NCBI GenBank assembly: GCA_937929825.1
Contig: CALFUV010000004.1
Location: 1,042-65,041, forward strand
Direction: 5' to 3'
DNA from: an uncultured Patescibacteria group bacterium
GTDB lineage: Bacteria > Patescibacteriota > Patescibacteriia > Veblenbacterales > UBA10138
DNA: 64,000 nt
Shown: positions 18,616-29,266 of the stretch, one piece after another
How positions within the stretch are numbered: the first letter of the stretch is position 1
Layout of the letters: each line of letters opens with the position of its first letter
Translations under genes and position numbers: made by a program
The notes under the pieces: model-generated
What the model was told of the DNA's origin: nothing
What the model saw: the letters and a program-made list of their open reading frames with translations, nothing else
The model's database searches: none

Positions 18616-18912
18616 ATGAAAACACTTCTTAAAATAACAGACATTATTAAACAGTGGCAATTTATTGCCCAAGAATATTGCCAAAGTAAAGAAAACTTGC
18701 CCCTACGGGTAATAATAAATAAATCTAAAGAAAAAATACATGCTGAAATTTTTAATATTATTACCAATGATGGCGAAAATGAAGTAATTCTAGTTACTGA
18801 ACATGGCCCACTAATTATTAATGAAAATAATCAATGGGCTCTATACTTGGGTCAAACTGCCGGTAAAAAGACAATATTCACAAAAAATCTAAATAAAAAC
18901 GAAGAGGAATAA
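18616..18912 (+). CDS. Hypothetical small protein (98 aa)
   Basis: Good Shine-Dalgarno (AAGAGAGGT) 6-7 nt upstream of the ATG. No recognisable motifs. It is followed by the terminator at 18934-18972. Confidence 0.4.
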   Translation: MKTLLKITDIIKQWQFIAQEYCQSKENLPLRVIINKSKEKIHAEIFNIITNDGENEVILVTEHGPLIINENNQWALYLGQTAGKKTIFTKNLNKNEEE

Positions 18913-18933
18913 TTATGTCTGTTAAAAAATAAA

Positions 18934-18972
18934 AAGCCGACTCTTTACCAAAATAGATTCGGCTTTTTTATA
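18934..18972. terminator. Bidirectional rho-independent terminator
   Basis: AAAAAGCCGA...TCGGCTTTTTT hairpin with flanking A and T runs, between convergent genes. Confidence 0.5.
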
Positions 18973-19002
18973 TTTTAATCTTCAAACCTTAATCTAGAAA
19001 AA

Positions 19003-19674
19003 TTACTTATCAGCCTCAGCTGGACCTTTTTCCTCAATCTTACCTTTTTCTTCAACTTTAACAGCTTCCACATCTTCTTTTACTTCGGCTTTCAATTCTG
19101 CCAATTCAGATTCACTGCGCGGTTGAGTAACTGTAGCTACAACCTCATCATCATCAAGAGAAACAATTTCTAAACCAGCTGGTAAATCAATTTGTCCGGC
19201 TGTTATAACATCATTAAACTGCTTTAAGCCGGCCAAATCAACCGTAATTTCATGCACTAAATCTTTAGGTAAACACTTAACTTTAACTTCATTAACAGCT
19301 CTAACCAAAATCGCCCCCAGCTCTTTAACCGCTGGCGATTCGCCTACATACTTTAAGGGAATATCTACCTCAAGCTTCTCATCCATTCGTACTTGATGAA
19401 AATCAACATGCTGAATAATGCCAGTTACCGGATGACGTTGTATATCCTGTATTAAAACCTTAACCGGCGGTTGACTATCAATAGATAAATCAAATAAAGT
19501 TGTTTCTCCAACTTGGCGATACACCTTATTAAAAGCTTTCTCGTCAACTGATATAGATTGATTGCTAATACCATGACCATATACCACGCCTGGTATTAAA
19601 CCTTGGTGACGTAAATGTTTAACCTCTTTACCTGAAGCTGTTCGTAAATTAACAGATAATACACTCATATACAA
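19003..19674 (-). CDS. rplY: 50S ribosomal protein L25 / general stress protein Ctc
   Basis: N-terminal L25 fold signature LRHQGLIPGVVYGHG. Acidic C-terminal tail. Confidence 0.85.
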   Translation of the reverse strand: MYMSVLSVNLRTASGKEVKHLRHQGLIPGVVYGHGISNQSISVDEKAFNKVYRQVGETTLFDLSIDSQPPVKVLIQDIQRHPVTGIIQHVDFHQVRMDEKLEVDIPLKYVGESPAVKELGAILVRAVNEVKVKCLPKDLVHEITVDLAGLKQFNDVITAGQIDLPAGLEIVSLDDDEVVATVTQPRSESELAELKAEVKEDVEAVKVEEKGKIEEKGPAEADK

Positions 19675-19698
19675 CTAATGTAATATCAACTAAAAAAT

Positions 19699-20019
19699 TT
19701 AATTGGTAGGAAATAAGAATTGATGGAAAGAAATAACTTCATCTGTTTTGACTGTCGTTTGATCCTTAAAACGAAGAACGTCATCACTTGTTAAATCTGT
19801 AACCAAACCGATTGAAGTTGGTCCGGCACCTGAAGTAAAAAGTAATGCCACTACCGAGCCACCACAATTAGAGCATTGTATATGCAATAAATGAGCTTCA
19901 TCTTTTTCCTCTAAAACCTTGGCTCGCAAAGGATTATAGTTTGATTCACACAAAGGACAATAAGACAGGAGTTTTAAAACCTCTCCTGATAAATAATGTG
20001 GTTTTTTTCTGGATTGCAT
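19699..20019 (-). CDS. Hypothetical zinc-ribbon protein (106 aa)
   Basis: CPLC...CSNC, a four-Cys arrangement. No other recognisable motif. Confidence 0.4.
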   Translation of the reverse strand: MQSRKKPHYLSGEVLKLLSYCPLCESNYNPLRAKVLEEKDEAHLLHIQCSNCGGSVVALLFTSGAGPTSIGLVTDLTSDDVLRFKDQTTVKTDEVISFHQFLFPTN

Positions 20020-20106
20020 AATTCAAACTCCTCTTGTATAATTTATCAATTTAAAACAATATTATTTACTTAAAAATTTAGCACTAATAATTATTTTTGT
20101 CAAATT

Positions 20107-21234
20107 TTATTTATTTCTTATTTCATCTGATGGGGCTTGCCAACCATATTGCTTCACGAAATTTTGTAAAATACCAACTGCTAATAAACTAACTACTAAA
20201 GAAGATCCTCCGTAACTTATAAAAGGCAAGGTAATACCAACCACCGGGGCCAAACCCAAATTCATTCCAATATTAAGCAAGGTTTGCGTTGCCAAAAGAC
20301 TAAAAATACCAATTGTAACCAAAACACCAAAATCATCTCTTAATCTTCTTAATAATCTCCAAATACGGCCAAAAAACCCTATCCACAATGAAATAATTAT
20401 CAAACTGCCAGCTAAGCCTAATTCTTCAGCTAAAGAGGCAAAAACAAAATCCGTGTGCTGTTCTGGTAAAAATTTTAGCTGACTTTGAGTACCAACACCC
20501 AAACCTCTACCCCATAATCCACCTGAACCAATAGCAATAACTGATTGGGTAACATTATAACCACTACCTAAAGGATCTTGTCGAGGATTGAAAAAAATTT
20601 CCAATCTTTGTTTTTGATAATCTTTCAAAAAAAGACTGGTCAGCAAAACAACCAGCAAAACTAAAAAAGTCATGGCCAACCACCAACTAACCGGCTTAGG
20701 TATAACCGCCAGCATAACTGATAAAACAACTACTAACATAAAACCAGAACCAAAATCAGGCTGCATTAAAATAAGGCCCAATAAAGGTAAAAGCAATAAA
20801 AAAGCAATAATTGTTTTTTTAACATCCAAGGGTGCACCCACATGGGACAAATAACTTGCCAAAACAATGATCCAGACTAATTTAACTAATTCCACCGGTT
20901 GAAAACTAACCCCACCCCACTGTAACCAGCCTGTTGTACCACGCAGTGTTTGACCAAAAAATAATACTAATAGCAAAAGTACAAGGGCAGCTACATATAT
21001 TATTTTGGACCATGATCTATATAGGCGATAATCAATTAAAGAAATACCAATCATGCCACAAAAACCTACTGCTACAGCCAAAATTTGTCTGTCAAAAGCT
21101 GCTGAAAGTTCTGGTCTGGTTATGGAACTAGAATAAAGTTCGGCTAAACCAACTAATAATAAAAGAATTGTAAAAACTAATAGTAAAATATCCCAACCTC
21201 GCCATAGAGACAAAAACCTTTGCCACATAATCAT
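20107..21234 (-). CDS. ftsW: SEDS-family peptidoglycan glycosyltransferase FtsW/RodA
   Basis: About 10 TM segments. GSGGLWGRGLG and PEQHTDFVFA motifs. Confidence 0.8.
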   Translation of the reverse strand: MIMWQRFLSLWRGWDILLLVFTILLLLVGLAELYSSSITRPELSAAFDRQILAVAVGFCGMIGISLIDYRLYRSWSKIIYVAALVLLLLVLFFGQTLRGTTGWLQWGGVSFQPVELVKLVWIIVLASYLSHVGAPLDVKKTIIAFLLLLPLLGLILMQPDFGSGFMLVVVLSVMLAVIPKPVSWWLAMTFLVLLVVLLTSLFLKDYQKQRLEIFFNPRQDPLGSGYNVTQSVIAIGSGGLWGRGLGVGTQSQLKFLPEQHTDFVFASLAEELGLAGSLIIISLWIGFFGRIWRLLRRLRDDFGVLVTIGIFSLLATQTLLNIGMNLGLAPVVGITLPFISYGGSSLVVSLLAVGILQNFVKQYGWQAPSDEIRNK

Positions 21235-22058
21235 TTTATTGTTCTGGGATCAAGCACATTAACTTCAGGCTTAATAATTACACTATCAGCTGATATCACC
21301 ATATTTGGCCAATAAAACTCCACTACTCTCTGGCTTTGACTAATAACATTTACTATTGATTTTTGTGCTACTGCCTGAATACTACCGAAACGACTTAAAA
21401 TGGCTGTTAAGTTAACTTGCCAATAACTATCATTATTTTTATTATTCAACTTAAAAGTTAATTTGGTGGCGGTTGGCGAATTGTAATCATTAGGTATTAG
21501 ATGTTCTATTTCCTGTTCGCTAATCTCAAAAGAAGGAATATTTAATTCGGATAAATCTCTTATTCTCTGCCATTCAATTCCATCAAAAGTTACCTCAATT
21601 TTCTGCGGTTTTGTTTGTAAGGGAACTCCTAATTTAATCAAATACTTTTCCTCCATAGGCAGAAAAAAAGCATGCCCTTGAGAATTAACTCCATCAGCTG
21701 TAAAGGTGAATGATAAATTTGTTATAGCCCACTTCATATTTGGATTTTTAACTTCTGCCACCAAATCGTACAAATTCTTGGCAGAAGGTACGGCCGTAGT
21801 TAACTTTATTTCCAAAGGAACAGGCCGGCTAGAACGACGATAATCATCAACATTGATATTTTGGCTTACCAACTGTCTCAGAGCATCTTCTTCAGCTTGT
21901 CGACTGGTTAACCAATCAGTCAGCTGCCATAAGGCATAACCACAAAATGACAAGGCAATAACTCCTATTATTACCACAGCCAGACGATGAAAAGTGGCTC
22001 GGTGAAGAATCCACCAATACCCTAATTTTAATTGTTTATCAGTTAAATTATCAGACAT
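21231..22058 (-). CDS. Hypothetical membrane-anchored protein, co-transcribed with ftsW by a 4-nt overlap
   Basis: One N-terminal TM segment (LAVVIIGVIALSFCGYALW). The rest is predicted extracytoplasmic. No family recognised. Confidence 0.5.
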   Translation of the reverse strand: MSDNLTDKQLKLGYWWILHRATFHRLAVVIIGVIALSFCGYALWQLTDWLTSRQAEEDALRQLVSQNINVDDYRRSSRPVPLEIKLTTAVPSAKNLYDLVAEVKNPNMKWAITNLSFTFTADGVNSQGHAFFLPMEEKYLIKLGVPLQTKPQKIEVTFDGIEWQRIRDLSELNIPSFEISEQEIEHLIPNDYNSPTATKLTFKLNNKNNDSYWQVNLTAILSRFGSIQAVAQKSIVNVISQSQRVVEFYWPNMVISADSVIIKPEVNVLDPRTIK

Positions 22059-22153
22059 TTATTATTCACTATAACTTTATTCTACCACACTCCTCTCCAC
22101 AACCAATAGTTAAGGTGTTATAATTAATAAAGATTATTAATTACTTATATTCT

Positions 22154-22441
22154 ATGATAGAAACAAGCAAGGATATACTTAATCTTTCTTTGGCAGTTTC
22201 AGTTTTTGGTTTAGCTTTTTTAATTGGGTGGATCTTAGTTTATTTTCTCATAATAATCCGACGAATGGTTAAAATAATGGAAGGGGTTGAACAATCTATG
22301 AATAAAATTGGCAGTTTTGTAGACCTGGCACGGGAAAAACTCAACCATTCAGCTGGCTATCTTTCCATATTAGCCAACGGCATTCGAGATTTGGTCAATT
22401 ATCTTATTTTTAAAAAATCAATTAAAAATAAAAAAAAGTGA
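22154..22441 (+). CDS. Hypothetical small membrane protein (95 aa)
   Basis: One TM helix. It is followed by an AAAAACCGG...CCGGTTTTT hairpin at about 22469-22503. Confidence 0.35.
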   Translation: MIETSKDILNLSLAVSVFGLAFLIGWILVYFLIIIRRMVKIMEGVEQSMNKIGSFVDLAREKLNHSAGYLSILANGIRDLVNYLIFKKSIKNKKK

Positions 22442-22577
22442 ACAATCTATTATTAATTTGATAATCAATTTAAAAACCGGATTTATTTGATAAACCCGGT
22501 TTTTAAATTATGATACAATTGACTTATATAAGCACACATCCTTCTTCCTTATTATTTCCATTATTAAATTTTATTAA

Positions 22578-25500
22578 ATGGCTTTTACACACCTCCACGT
22601 CCATTCTCACTATTCCCTGCTTGATGGACTACCTAAAATTCCGGATTTAGTGGCTAATGCCAAAAACAAGGGCTTTACCAAACTAGCACTTACTGATCAC
22701 GGCGCGGTTTATGGTTTAATTGAATTTTATAAAGAATGTCGGAATCAAGAAATATTACCGATTTTAGGGGTAGAAACCTACGTTGCCCCACGACGTTTAA
22801 CAGACAAACAAGCTAAAATTGATGACCAATCTTACCATCTGATTCTTTTAGCCAAAGATTTAACTGGTTACAAAAATATCATTAAATTGGTGACTCTAGC
22901 ACATTTACAAGGTTTTTATTACAAACCACGTGTTGATCACCAAGCTTTAGAGATGTACAGCCGTGGTTTAGTGGCTCTCTCCGGTTGCTTGAAAGGAGAA
23001 ATACCACAAGCCATCATGCGAGGTGATGAAGTTCAGGTTAAAAATCTTATTCAATGGTATTCGTCTGTGTTTGGTGAAAATAATTTTTATTTGGAAGTAC
23101 AATCCCATCCGGAACTTGAGGAACAAATCAAGGTTAATCAGGAACTTAGACGCTTAAGCAAAGAATTCAACCTACCGCTAATTGCTACCAATGATAGCCA
23201 TTACTTAGAATCAGAAGATAAAGATGCTCAAGATATACTGGTTTGTATTCAAACCGGTAAAAAAGTAACTGATGAAAAAAGACTTGATATGCGATTAATT
23301 GATACTTCACTTAAAACTGAGGATATTATTAGACAGGAATTAAAAGATTATCCTGATGCTGTTGATCAGGCTGATATTCTAGCCCAACAACTTGCCGTAG
23401 AATTACCTCTTGGACAAAGGTATTTTCCCAGCTTCCCTACGCCACAAGGCGAAACCCCGGAAGCTTATCTCCGACTACAAGCCGAACAAGGATTAGCTAG
23501 ACAATTTCCAGGTGGTGTCAATCAAGAAACGCGTGAACGACTTGAATATGAAATGGATATTATTAATAAAAAAGGCTATGCCAGTTACTTTTTGGTGGTG
23601 GCTGATTTTGTTAACTGGGCTCGTTCTCAAAAAATCATTGCTACCACACGCGGCAGCGCTGCGGGATCTTTGGTTTCTTATCTTATTGGTATTACCACTG
23701 TCAATCCCTTGAAATACCAATTACCTTTTGAAAGATTTTTAAATCCCCATCGACCAAGCCCTCCTGATATTGATATGGACTTTGCCGATAACCGACGTGA
23801 TGAAGTGATTGCCTATGTTACTGCCAAATATGGAGTTGATCGAGTGGCACAAATAGTCACTTTTGGCACCATGGCGGCCAGAGCAGCTGTTCGTGATGTT
23901 GGCCGAGCTCTAGGTCTGCCTTATGGCTTATGTGACAGAGTGGCCAAACTTATACCCTTTGGCAGTCAAGGTTTTCACATGACTATAGAACGGGCTCTAC
24001 GGGAATCACCTGAACTTAAAAATCTTTCCGAAACAGATCCTCAAGTAAAAGAATTACTTTTGTTGGCCCAAAAAGTAGAAGGTTGCGTTAGGCATGCCTC
24101 TATTCATGCCGCCGGGGTAGTAATCTCCCCTACTCCTCTAACTGATTACGTGCCTCTACAATATGATGTTGATGGAAATCATATAATAACCCAATACGAT
24201 ATGTGGTCATGCGAAGATGTTGGTTTAGTAAAAATGGATTTTTTGGGTATCAGAAACCTATCGATTTTAGGCAGCGCCGTTAATATAATTAAAAAAACTA
24301 AACAAATTGAAATTAATCTTGATAACATACCCCTAAATGATAAAAAAACCTACGATCTTATGTCTAAGGGTGAAACTATGGGTATTTTTCAGTTATCTGG
24401 TTCAGGTATGACACGATATTTAAAAGAACTTAAACCTTCTTCCATAACTGACGTAATGGCTATGGTGGCCTTATTCCGTCCCGGTCCTATGGAATCAATA
24501 CCTGAATTTATTAAACGAAAACACAACCCTAAAACTATAAGCTATCTTGATCCAAGACTGAAAGATATTCTCAAAGACTCTTATGGCATCATTACTTATC
24601 AAGATGATGTTTTGATGATCGCTATTAAACTAGCTGGCTATACTTGGGAAGAGGCAGACAAACTCAGAAAAGCCATGGGTAAAAAAATTCCCAGAGAAAT
24701 GGCTCGTCAAAAAGAAAAATTTATCTCCGGTTGTATTGTTAACGGTCTAAGTGAAGATAAGGCTAAAAAATTATGGGAGTTAATTGAACCTTTTGCCGCC
24801 TATGGTTTTAATAAAGCTCATGCCGCTTCTTACGGCATTGTCGCTTATCAAACAGCATATCTTAAGGCTAACTTCACTACAGAATTCATGGCCGCCCTTA
24901 TGACGGCTGAAGCTGGAGATTTGGAAACGGTGGCTCAAGCTGTTAATGAATGCAAGCGCTTCAATATCACAGTTCTACCGCCGGATGTAAATGAAAGTTT
25001 AGCTACTTTTACCGTAGTTAATGATAATTGTATAAGATTCGGCCTCTCGGCAATAAAAAACTTAGGCACACAAGTAGTAGAAACAATCATCACAGAAAGA
25101 AAAACTAATGGGCCCTTTACCTCTTTAGCAAACTTCATGGCCAGAACCTCGGGACGCGAATTTACCAAAAAATCACTGGAAAGCCTTATTAAATGTGGGG
25201 CTTTAGATAGTTTACATACCGAAAGAGAACAATTATTGCAAGCTATGGATCTTCTTTTGAGTTATGCCAAAAAATCCCAACAAGCCAAAGTAGCTCAACA
25301 AACAAGTTTATTTTCAGGATCAGCTGTTATAGAACCAACTTTAAAATTACCAGCTGGCCAACCGGTTGATAAACAAGAAAAATTGTCTTGGGAAAAAGAA
25401 CTATTAGGTTTATATGTTACCGAACACCCCTACTTACAATATTACCAGCAACTATCTGAACTTGTAACTTCAATATCGGAAATTGATCATTTAAAAAATG

Positions 25501-26048
25501 ACTCCTCGGTTTTTGTGGCTGGTATAATAACCTCCATTAAAATTGTTACTACTAAAAAAGGAGAAGAAATGATGTTTATTGGCTTTGAAGACCTGACTGG
25601 TAATTTAGAAATGATTGCTTTTCCTGATACGTTGCGATCAGAGCGCGGCAAATTAACAACTGACTCCATCATATTAGTTAAAGGTAAATTAAGCCGTAAA
25701 AACGGAGATAAAAAAATAATTATTCAATCAGTTCACAAACTAACTTCACCTAGTAACGCTGGCGAAGAAGCAAAAAAATTTTTTAACGGTTTCAGTACCT
25801 CAAATCCTATAAACCCAGACAACAATTTGATTATTTCTTTGCCTGAAAATACTACCACCAAAATAATTAGCCTAACACAGGAAATATTATCTCGTTACCA
25901 GGGCAATACCATCGTAATAATGGAACTAAAACATGCTGGCAAAACAAGAAGAATATCAACCGATTATAGAGTACAACTAAACCCCAATTTAAAAGAAGAA
26001 TTGCGCTCTTTACTCGGACCAAATTGTCTGCCTAACGAACAGGTTTAA
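22578..26048 (+). CDS. dnaE: DNA polymerase III alpha subunit
   Basis: N-terminal PHP domain (HLHVHSHYSLLDG). 1156 aa with typical DnaE architecture. Confidence 0.95.
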   Translation: MAFTHLHVHSHYSLLDGLPKIPDLVANAKNKGFTKLALTDHGAVYGLIEFYKECRNQEILPILGVETYVAPRRLTDKQAKIDDQSYHLILLAKDLTGYKNIIKLVTLAHLQGFYYKPRVDHQALEMYSRGLVALSGCLKGEIPQAIMRGDEVQVKNLIQWYSSVFGENNFYLEVQSHPELEEQIKVNQELRRLSKEFNLPLIATNDSHYLESEDKDAQDILVCIQTGKKVTDEKRLDMRLIDTSLKTEDIIRQELKDYPDAVDQADILAQQLAVELPLGQRYFPSFPTPQGETPEAYLRLQAEQGLARQFPGGVNQETRERLEYEMDIINKKGYASYFLVVADFVNWARSQKIIATTRGSAAGSLVSYLIGITTVNPLKYQLPFERFLNPHRPSPPDIDMDFADNRRDEVIAYVTAKYGVDRVAQIVTFGTMAARAAVRDVGRALGLPYGLCDRVAKLIPFGSQGFHMTIERALRESPELKNLSETDPQVKELLLLAQKVEGCVRHASIHAAGVVISPTPLTDYVPLQYDVDGNHIITQYDMWSCEDVGLVKMDFLGIRNLSILGSAVNIIKKTKQIEINLDNIPLNDKKTYDLMSKGETMGIFQLSGSGMTRYLKELKPSSITDVMAMVALFRPGPMESIPEFIKRKHNPKTISYLDPRLKDILKDSYGIITYQDDVLMIAIKLAGYTWEEADKLRKAMGKKIPREMARQKEKFISGCIVNGLSEDKAKKLWELIEPFAAYGFNKAHAASYGIVAYQTAYLKANFTTEFMAALMTAEAGDLETVAQAVNECKRFNITVLPPDVNESLATFTVVNDNCIRFGLSAIKNLGTQVVETIITERKTNGPFTSLANFMARTSGREFTKKSLESLIKCGALDSLHTEREQLLQAMDLLLSYAKKSQQAKVAQQTSLFSGSAVIEPTLKLPAGQPVDKQEKLSWEKELLGLYVTEHPYLQYYQQLSELVTSISEIDHLKNDSSVFVAGIITSIKIVTTKKGEEMMFIGFEDLTGNLEMIAFPDTLRSERGKLTTDSIILVKGKLSRKNGDKKIIIQSVHKLTSPSNAGEEAKKFFNGFSTSNPINPDNNLIISLPENTTTKIISLTQEILSRYQGNTIVIMELKHAGKTRRISTDYRVQLNPNLKEELRSLLGPNCLPNEQV

Positions 26049-26080
26049 AATTTGTTATAATAAATACATCAACTAAATTT

Positions 26081-27226
26081 ATGAACAGAACCTCTTCTCA
26101 TCTATCTGAAAAAAACACCGGCAAACCAATGAAAAAGATTATTATCAGTTTTAGTTTAGCGGTGATTGCTTTAATTGTACTAATTCTTTATTATGCTCTA
26201 GCTAAAGCGGTAATTACCTTGGAAGTAGTGCAGGATAGTATGACTATGGAAACAGTTTTGGAATTAAAACAATATAACGAAGAAGGTGAGGTTACCGGCA
26301 CAATAATGGAAACTGAACTTACCCAAAGTAAGATTTTTCCAGCTAGCCCTTCAGGGGAACTAGAAGAAAAAGCCTCAGGCACTGTTATGCTGGTGAACAC
26401 CAATAATTCACCACAAACACTTATTGCCACTACCCGCCTACTTTCGCCACAAGGAGTCCTTTTCCGTTTAAGCCAAACAGTTACTGTGCCAGCTAATAGC
26501 CAACTACAAAATATAAAAGTGATAGCCGATCAACCAGGTGAAACCAGCGCTATTGCACCGACTCGCTTTACAATTCCGGGGTTAAATCCAACTTTAAGAG
26601 AATTAATATATGCTGAATCAACAGAACCTATGCGACGCTTGCCTAAAGCAGGTTCTACACAAATTACACCCATTGACCTTGATCAAGCCAGAAAAATCTT
26701 GACTGATCTTTTAATCCCGCAAGCGCTGGCTAATCTTCGTGAACAGCTACCAAGTGAAAAAAGAAATTTGAGTGTAGTTTACAAAAGTGAAATTATCAAA
26801 GCTGAATCAGATGTACCGGCTGGCTCAAAAAACAGCCAATTTAATTATACAGTTACTGTCAAAGTAACAGCTGTTTTTTACAATCCCGACGAATTACGTG
26901 AACTGGCTCTGAAAAACCTACAAACTAATTTATCGTCTGGCAGAAAAATTTTGAATCTGGAACCGGAAAGTCTGGCTATCAGTATTGAAGATGTGGCTGG
27001 AGATTTAACCACTGCTTATTTACGGATTAAATTTTTAGCTCAAGTAATTATTACTGATCCTGAACTGGTTTTCCGCATATCTGATTTGCTTGGTCGTACA
27101 CCTGAAGAAGTACAAAACTATTTTAGCGCCTTTCGGGAAGTTAAAAATGTTAAAGTAGAACTTTCACCTTTTTGGGTAAAAAGTGTGCCCACAGTGGAAA
27201 ATCATATTACCTTAAAACTACAATGA
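26081..27226 (+). CDS. Hypothetical membrane-anchored secreted protein
   Basis: N-terminal TM/signal anchor (KKIIISFSLAVIALIVLILYYALA). No recognisable domain. Confidence 0.5.
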   Translation: MNRTSSHLSEKNTGKPMKKIIISFSLAVIALIVLILYYALAKAVITLEVVQDSMTMETVLELKQYNEEGEVTGTIMETELTQSKIFPASPSGELEEKASGTVMLVNTNNSPQTLIATTRLLSPQGVLFRLSQTVTVPANSQLQNIKVIADQPGETSAIAPTRFTIPGLNPTLRELIYAESTEPMRRLPKAGSTQITPIDLDQARKILTDLLIPQALANLREQLPSEKRNLSVVYKSEIIKAESDVPAGSKNSQFNYTVTVKVTAVFYNPDELRELALKNLQTNLSSGRKILNLEPESLAISIEDVAGDLTTAYLRIKFLAQVIITDPELVFRISDLLGRTPEEVQNYFSAFREVKNVKVELSPFWVKSVPTVENHITLKLQ

Positions 27227-27261
27227 TATTGATAAAACAAATAATAAGTGGTATTTTAAAT

Positions 27262-27445
27262 TTGTACCTGATTGTGGCGGCAACCAACCGCTAGATCCAA
27301 TATTTTGGATATCCCCATCTTATTAAGGGACTAAAGGTACAAACAATCTGCGAGCGGTCCGATATCTATCGGACAAGTTGGGTGGAACCCTCCGATTTAT
27401 ATCGGAGCCCAAACGTGGTTATCTCGTTTGGGTTATTTTATTTTA
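27262..27445 (+). promoter_or_regulatory. T-box riboswitch-like leader (Thr specifier) with intrinsic terminator, upstream of thrS
   Basis: Stem I base TTGTACC(27262-27268)/GGTACAA(27336-27342) with a GA (K-turn-like) motif. Candidate specifier ACU+A at 27330-27333, or ACC+A at 27283-27286. T-box-like sequence AAGTTGGGTGGAACC at about 27375-27390, against the consensus AATTAGGGTGGTACC. Terminator CCCAAACG...CGTTTGGG plus a U-tract at 27408-27445, overlapping the antiterminator. Confidence 0.5.
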
Positions 27446-27476
27446 TAATTAATCTTAGATTTAATATCTAAAATAT

Positions 27477-29234
27477 ATGCCTTCTTCGCTTGAAGTTAAA
27501 CGCCACTCCTTGGCACATCTATTAGCAGCTGCTGTTTTGGAACTTTACCCTCAAACTAAACGTGCTATTGGTCCAGCTATAGATGATGGGTTTTATTATG
27601 ACTTTGATTTTGGTGATATTAAAATCAGCGAATCCGATTTACCTGAGATTCAAAAAAAAATGCTGGAGTTGTTGCCAAGTTGGCAAAATTTTGAACGTGA
27701 AGAAATATCATCAACAGAGGCACAAAAAATTTTTCGGGACAATCCTTATAAACTTGAACTTATAGAAGAATTGTCTTCTGAAGGTCAAACCTTATCCATC
27801 TATACCAGCGGAACTTTTACTGATCTTTGCCGCGGCGGGCATACTGAAAACATGGCAGAAATTGCTGAAGGATCTTGGCAATTAGATAGAATTGCTGGCG
27901 CTTACTGGCGTGGCAATGAAAAAAATAAAATGCTAACCAGAATCTATGGCTTAGCTTTTGAAACTAAAAAAGAATTAGATAATTATCTCAAACAACGCGC
28001 AGAGGCAGCTAAACGCGACCATCGCAAACTAGGTAAAGAACTTAAACTGTTTACTTTTTCTGATTACGTTGGCCCTGGACTGCCATTATGGCTACCTGCT
28101 GGCGCAGTACTGACTGAGGAATTAGAAAAGCTAGCTAAGGAAACTGAATTCAAAGCTGGTTATAAAATTATCCGCACACCTCATATTGCCAAAGAATTAA
28201 TGTATAAAACTTCCGGCCATCTTCCTTATTATGCGGACAGTATGTTTCCTCCGCTAACTACGGAGGATGAAAATGAAAAAACAGTTTATTATCTTAAAGC
28301 TATGAACTGCCCACATCATCATCAAGTCTACTTAGCTGAACCCAGAAGCTATCGCGACCTACCTCTACGTCTCGCTGAATATGGCACAGTATATCGCTAT
28401 GAAAAATCTGGTGAACTTTTTGGTTTAATGCGCGTGCGTATGCTTTCTATGAATGACGCCCATATTTACTGCACACCGGAACAATTCAGTGCTGAATTTC
28501 AAGCGGTGAATAAAATGTATATTAATTACTTCAAACTTTTTGGCATTACCAAGTATATTATGCGTTTTTCCACCCATGATCCAGCTGAACTTGACAAAAA
28601 ATATGTGAACGAACCAGAAATCTGGCTCCAAACTGAAAATATGGTCAGACAAGTACTTAAAGATAGCAACATAAATTTTGAGGAAGTACCAAACGAAGCC
28701 GCTTTTTACGGGCCTAAAATAGATGTACAGGTTTGGAGCAGTATTGGTCGCGAATTTACACTAGCGACTAATCAGGTCGATTTTGTTCAACCTAAACGCT
28801 TTAACTTAACTTATATAGATAAGGGCGGAGTGGAAAAAACTCCCTTGTGTATTCACCGCGCCCCCTTAAGTACACATGAAAGATTTATAGGTTTCATAAT
28901 TGAGCATTATGCCGGTGCTTTTCCAGTTTGGCTATCACCAATTCAGATTAAATTATTACCAGTTGGCAGTACTCATATTGATTATTGTCAAAAATTAGCC
29001 GGGGAATTAAGAGAAAAAATGATTAGAGTGGAAGTGGACGATGCTAACGAAACTATTGGTAATAAAATCCGTAAAGCAGAAAAAGAGAAAATACCCTACG
29101 CTTTAGTAATTGGTAATAAAGAAATAGAATCTGGTAATTTAGCTATACGCCAACGTGGTAACAAAAAAATTACATTAATTGAAAGAAATAAATTTATAAA
29201 TTCACTATTGGAAGAAATTACCAACAGAAAATAA
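27477..29234 (+). CDS. thrS: Threonyl-tRNA synthetase (lacks N-terminal TGS domain)
   Basis: The protein starts in the editing/SAD domain (RHSLAHLL, CRGGHTEN). Class II core and C-terminal anticodon-binding domain follow. 585 aa against about 640 for full-length enzymes. Confidence 0.9.
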   Translation: MPSSLEVKRHSLAHLLAAAVLELYPQTKRAIGPAIDDGFYYDFDFGDIKISESDLPEIQKKMLELLPSWQNFEREEISSTEAQKIFRDNPYKLELIEELSSEGQTLSIYTSGTFTDLCRGGHTENMAEIAEGSWQLDRIAGAYWRGNEKNKMLTRIYGLAFETKKELDNYLKQRAEAAKRDHRKLGKELKLFTFSDYVGPGLPLWLPAGAVLTEELEKLAKETEFKAGYKIIRTPHIAKELMYKTSGHLPYYADSMFPPLTTEDENEKTVYYLKAMNCPHHHQVYLAEPRSYRDLPLRLAEYGTVYRYEKSGELFGLMRVRMLSMNDAHIYCTPEQFSAEFQAVNKMYINYFKLFGITKYIMRFSTHDPAELDKKYVNEPEIWLQTENMVRQVLKDSNINFEEVPNEAAFYGPKIDVQVWSSIGREFTLATNQVDFVQPKRFNLTYIDKGGVEKTPLCIHRAPLSTHERFIGFIIEHYAGAFPVWLSPIQIKLLPVGSTHIDYCQKLAGELREKMIRVEVDDANETIGNKIRKAEKEKIPYALVIGNKEIESGNLAIRQRGNKKITLIERNKFINSLLEEITNRK

Positions 29235-29238
29235 AAAC

Positions 29239-29262
29239 TGCCAATTCGTTATTGGCAGTAAA
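29239..29262. terminator. Bidirectional terminator hairpin between convergent thrS and the REC-like gene
   Basis: CTGCCAAT-tcgtt-ATTGGCAG with flanking A and T runs. Confidence 0.45.
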
Positions 29263-29266
29263 AAAT

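Noticed and set aside
22446-22577. Possible mobile-element boundary or att site between the small membrane protein and dnaE
   Set aside because: Only a single terminator hairpin is present. There are no integrase or transposase genes, no direct repeats flanking an island, and no compositional shift.
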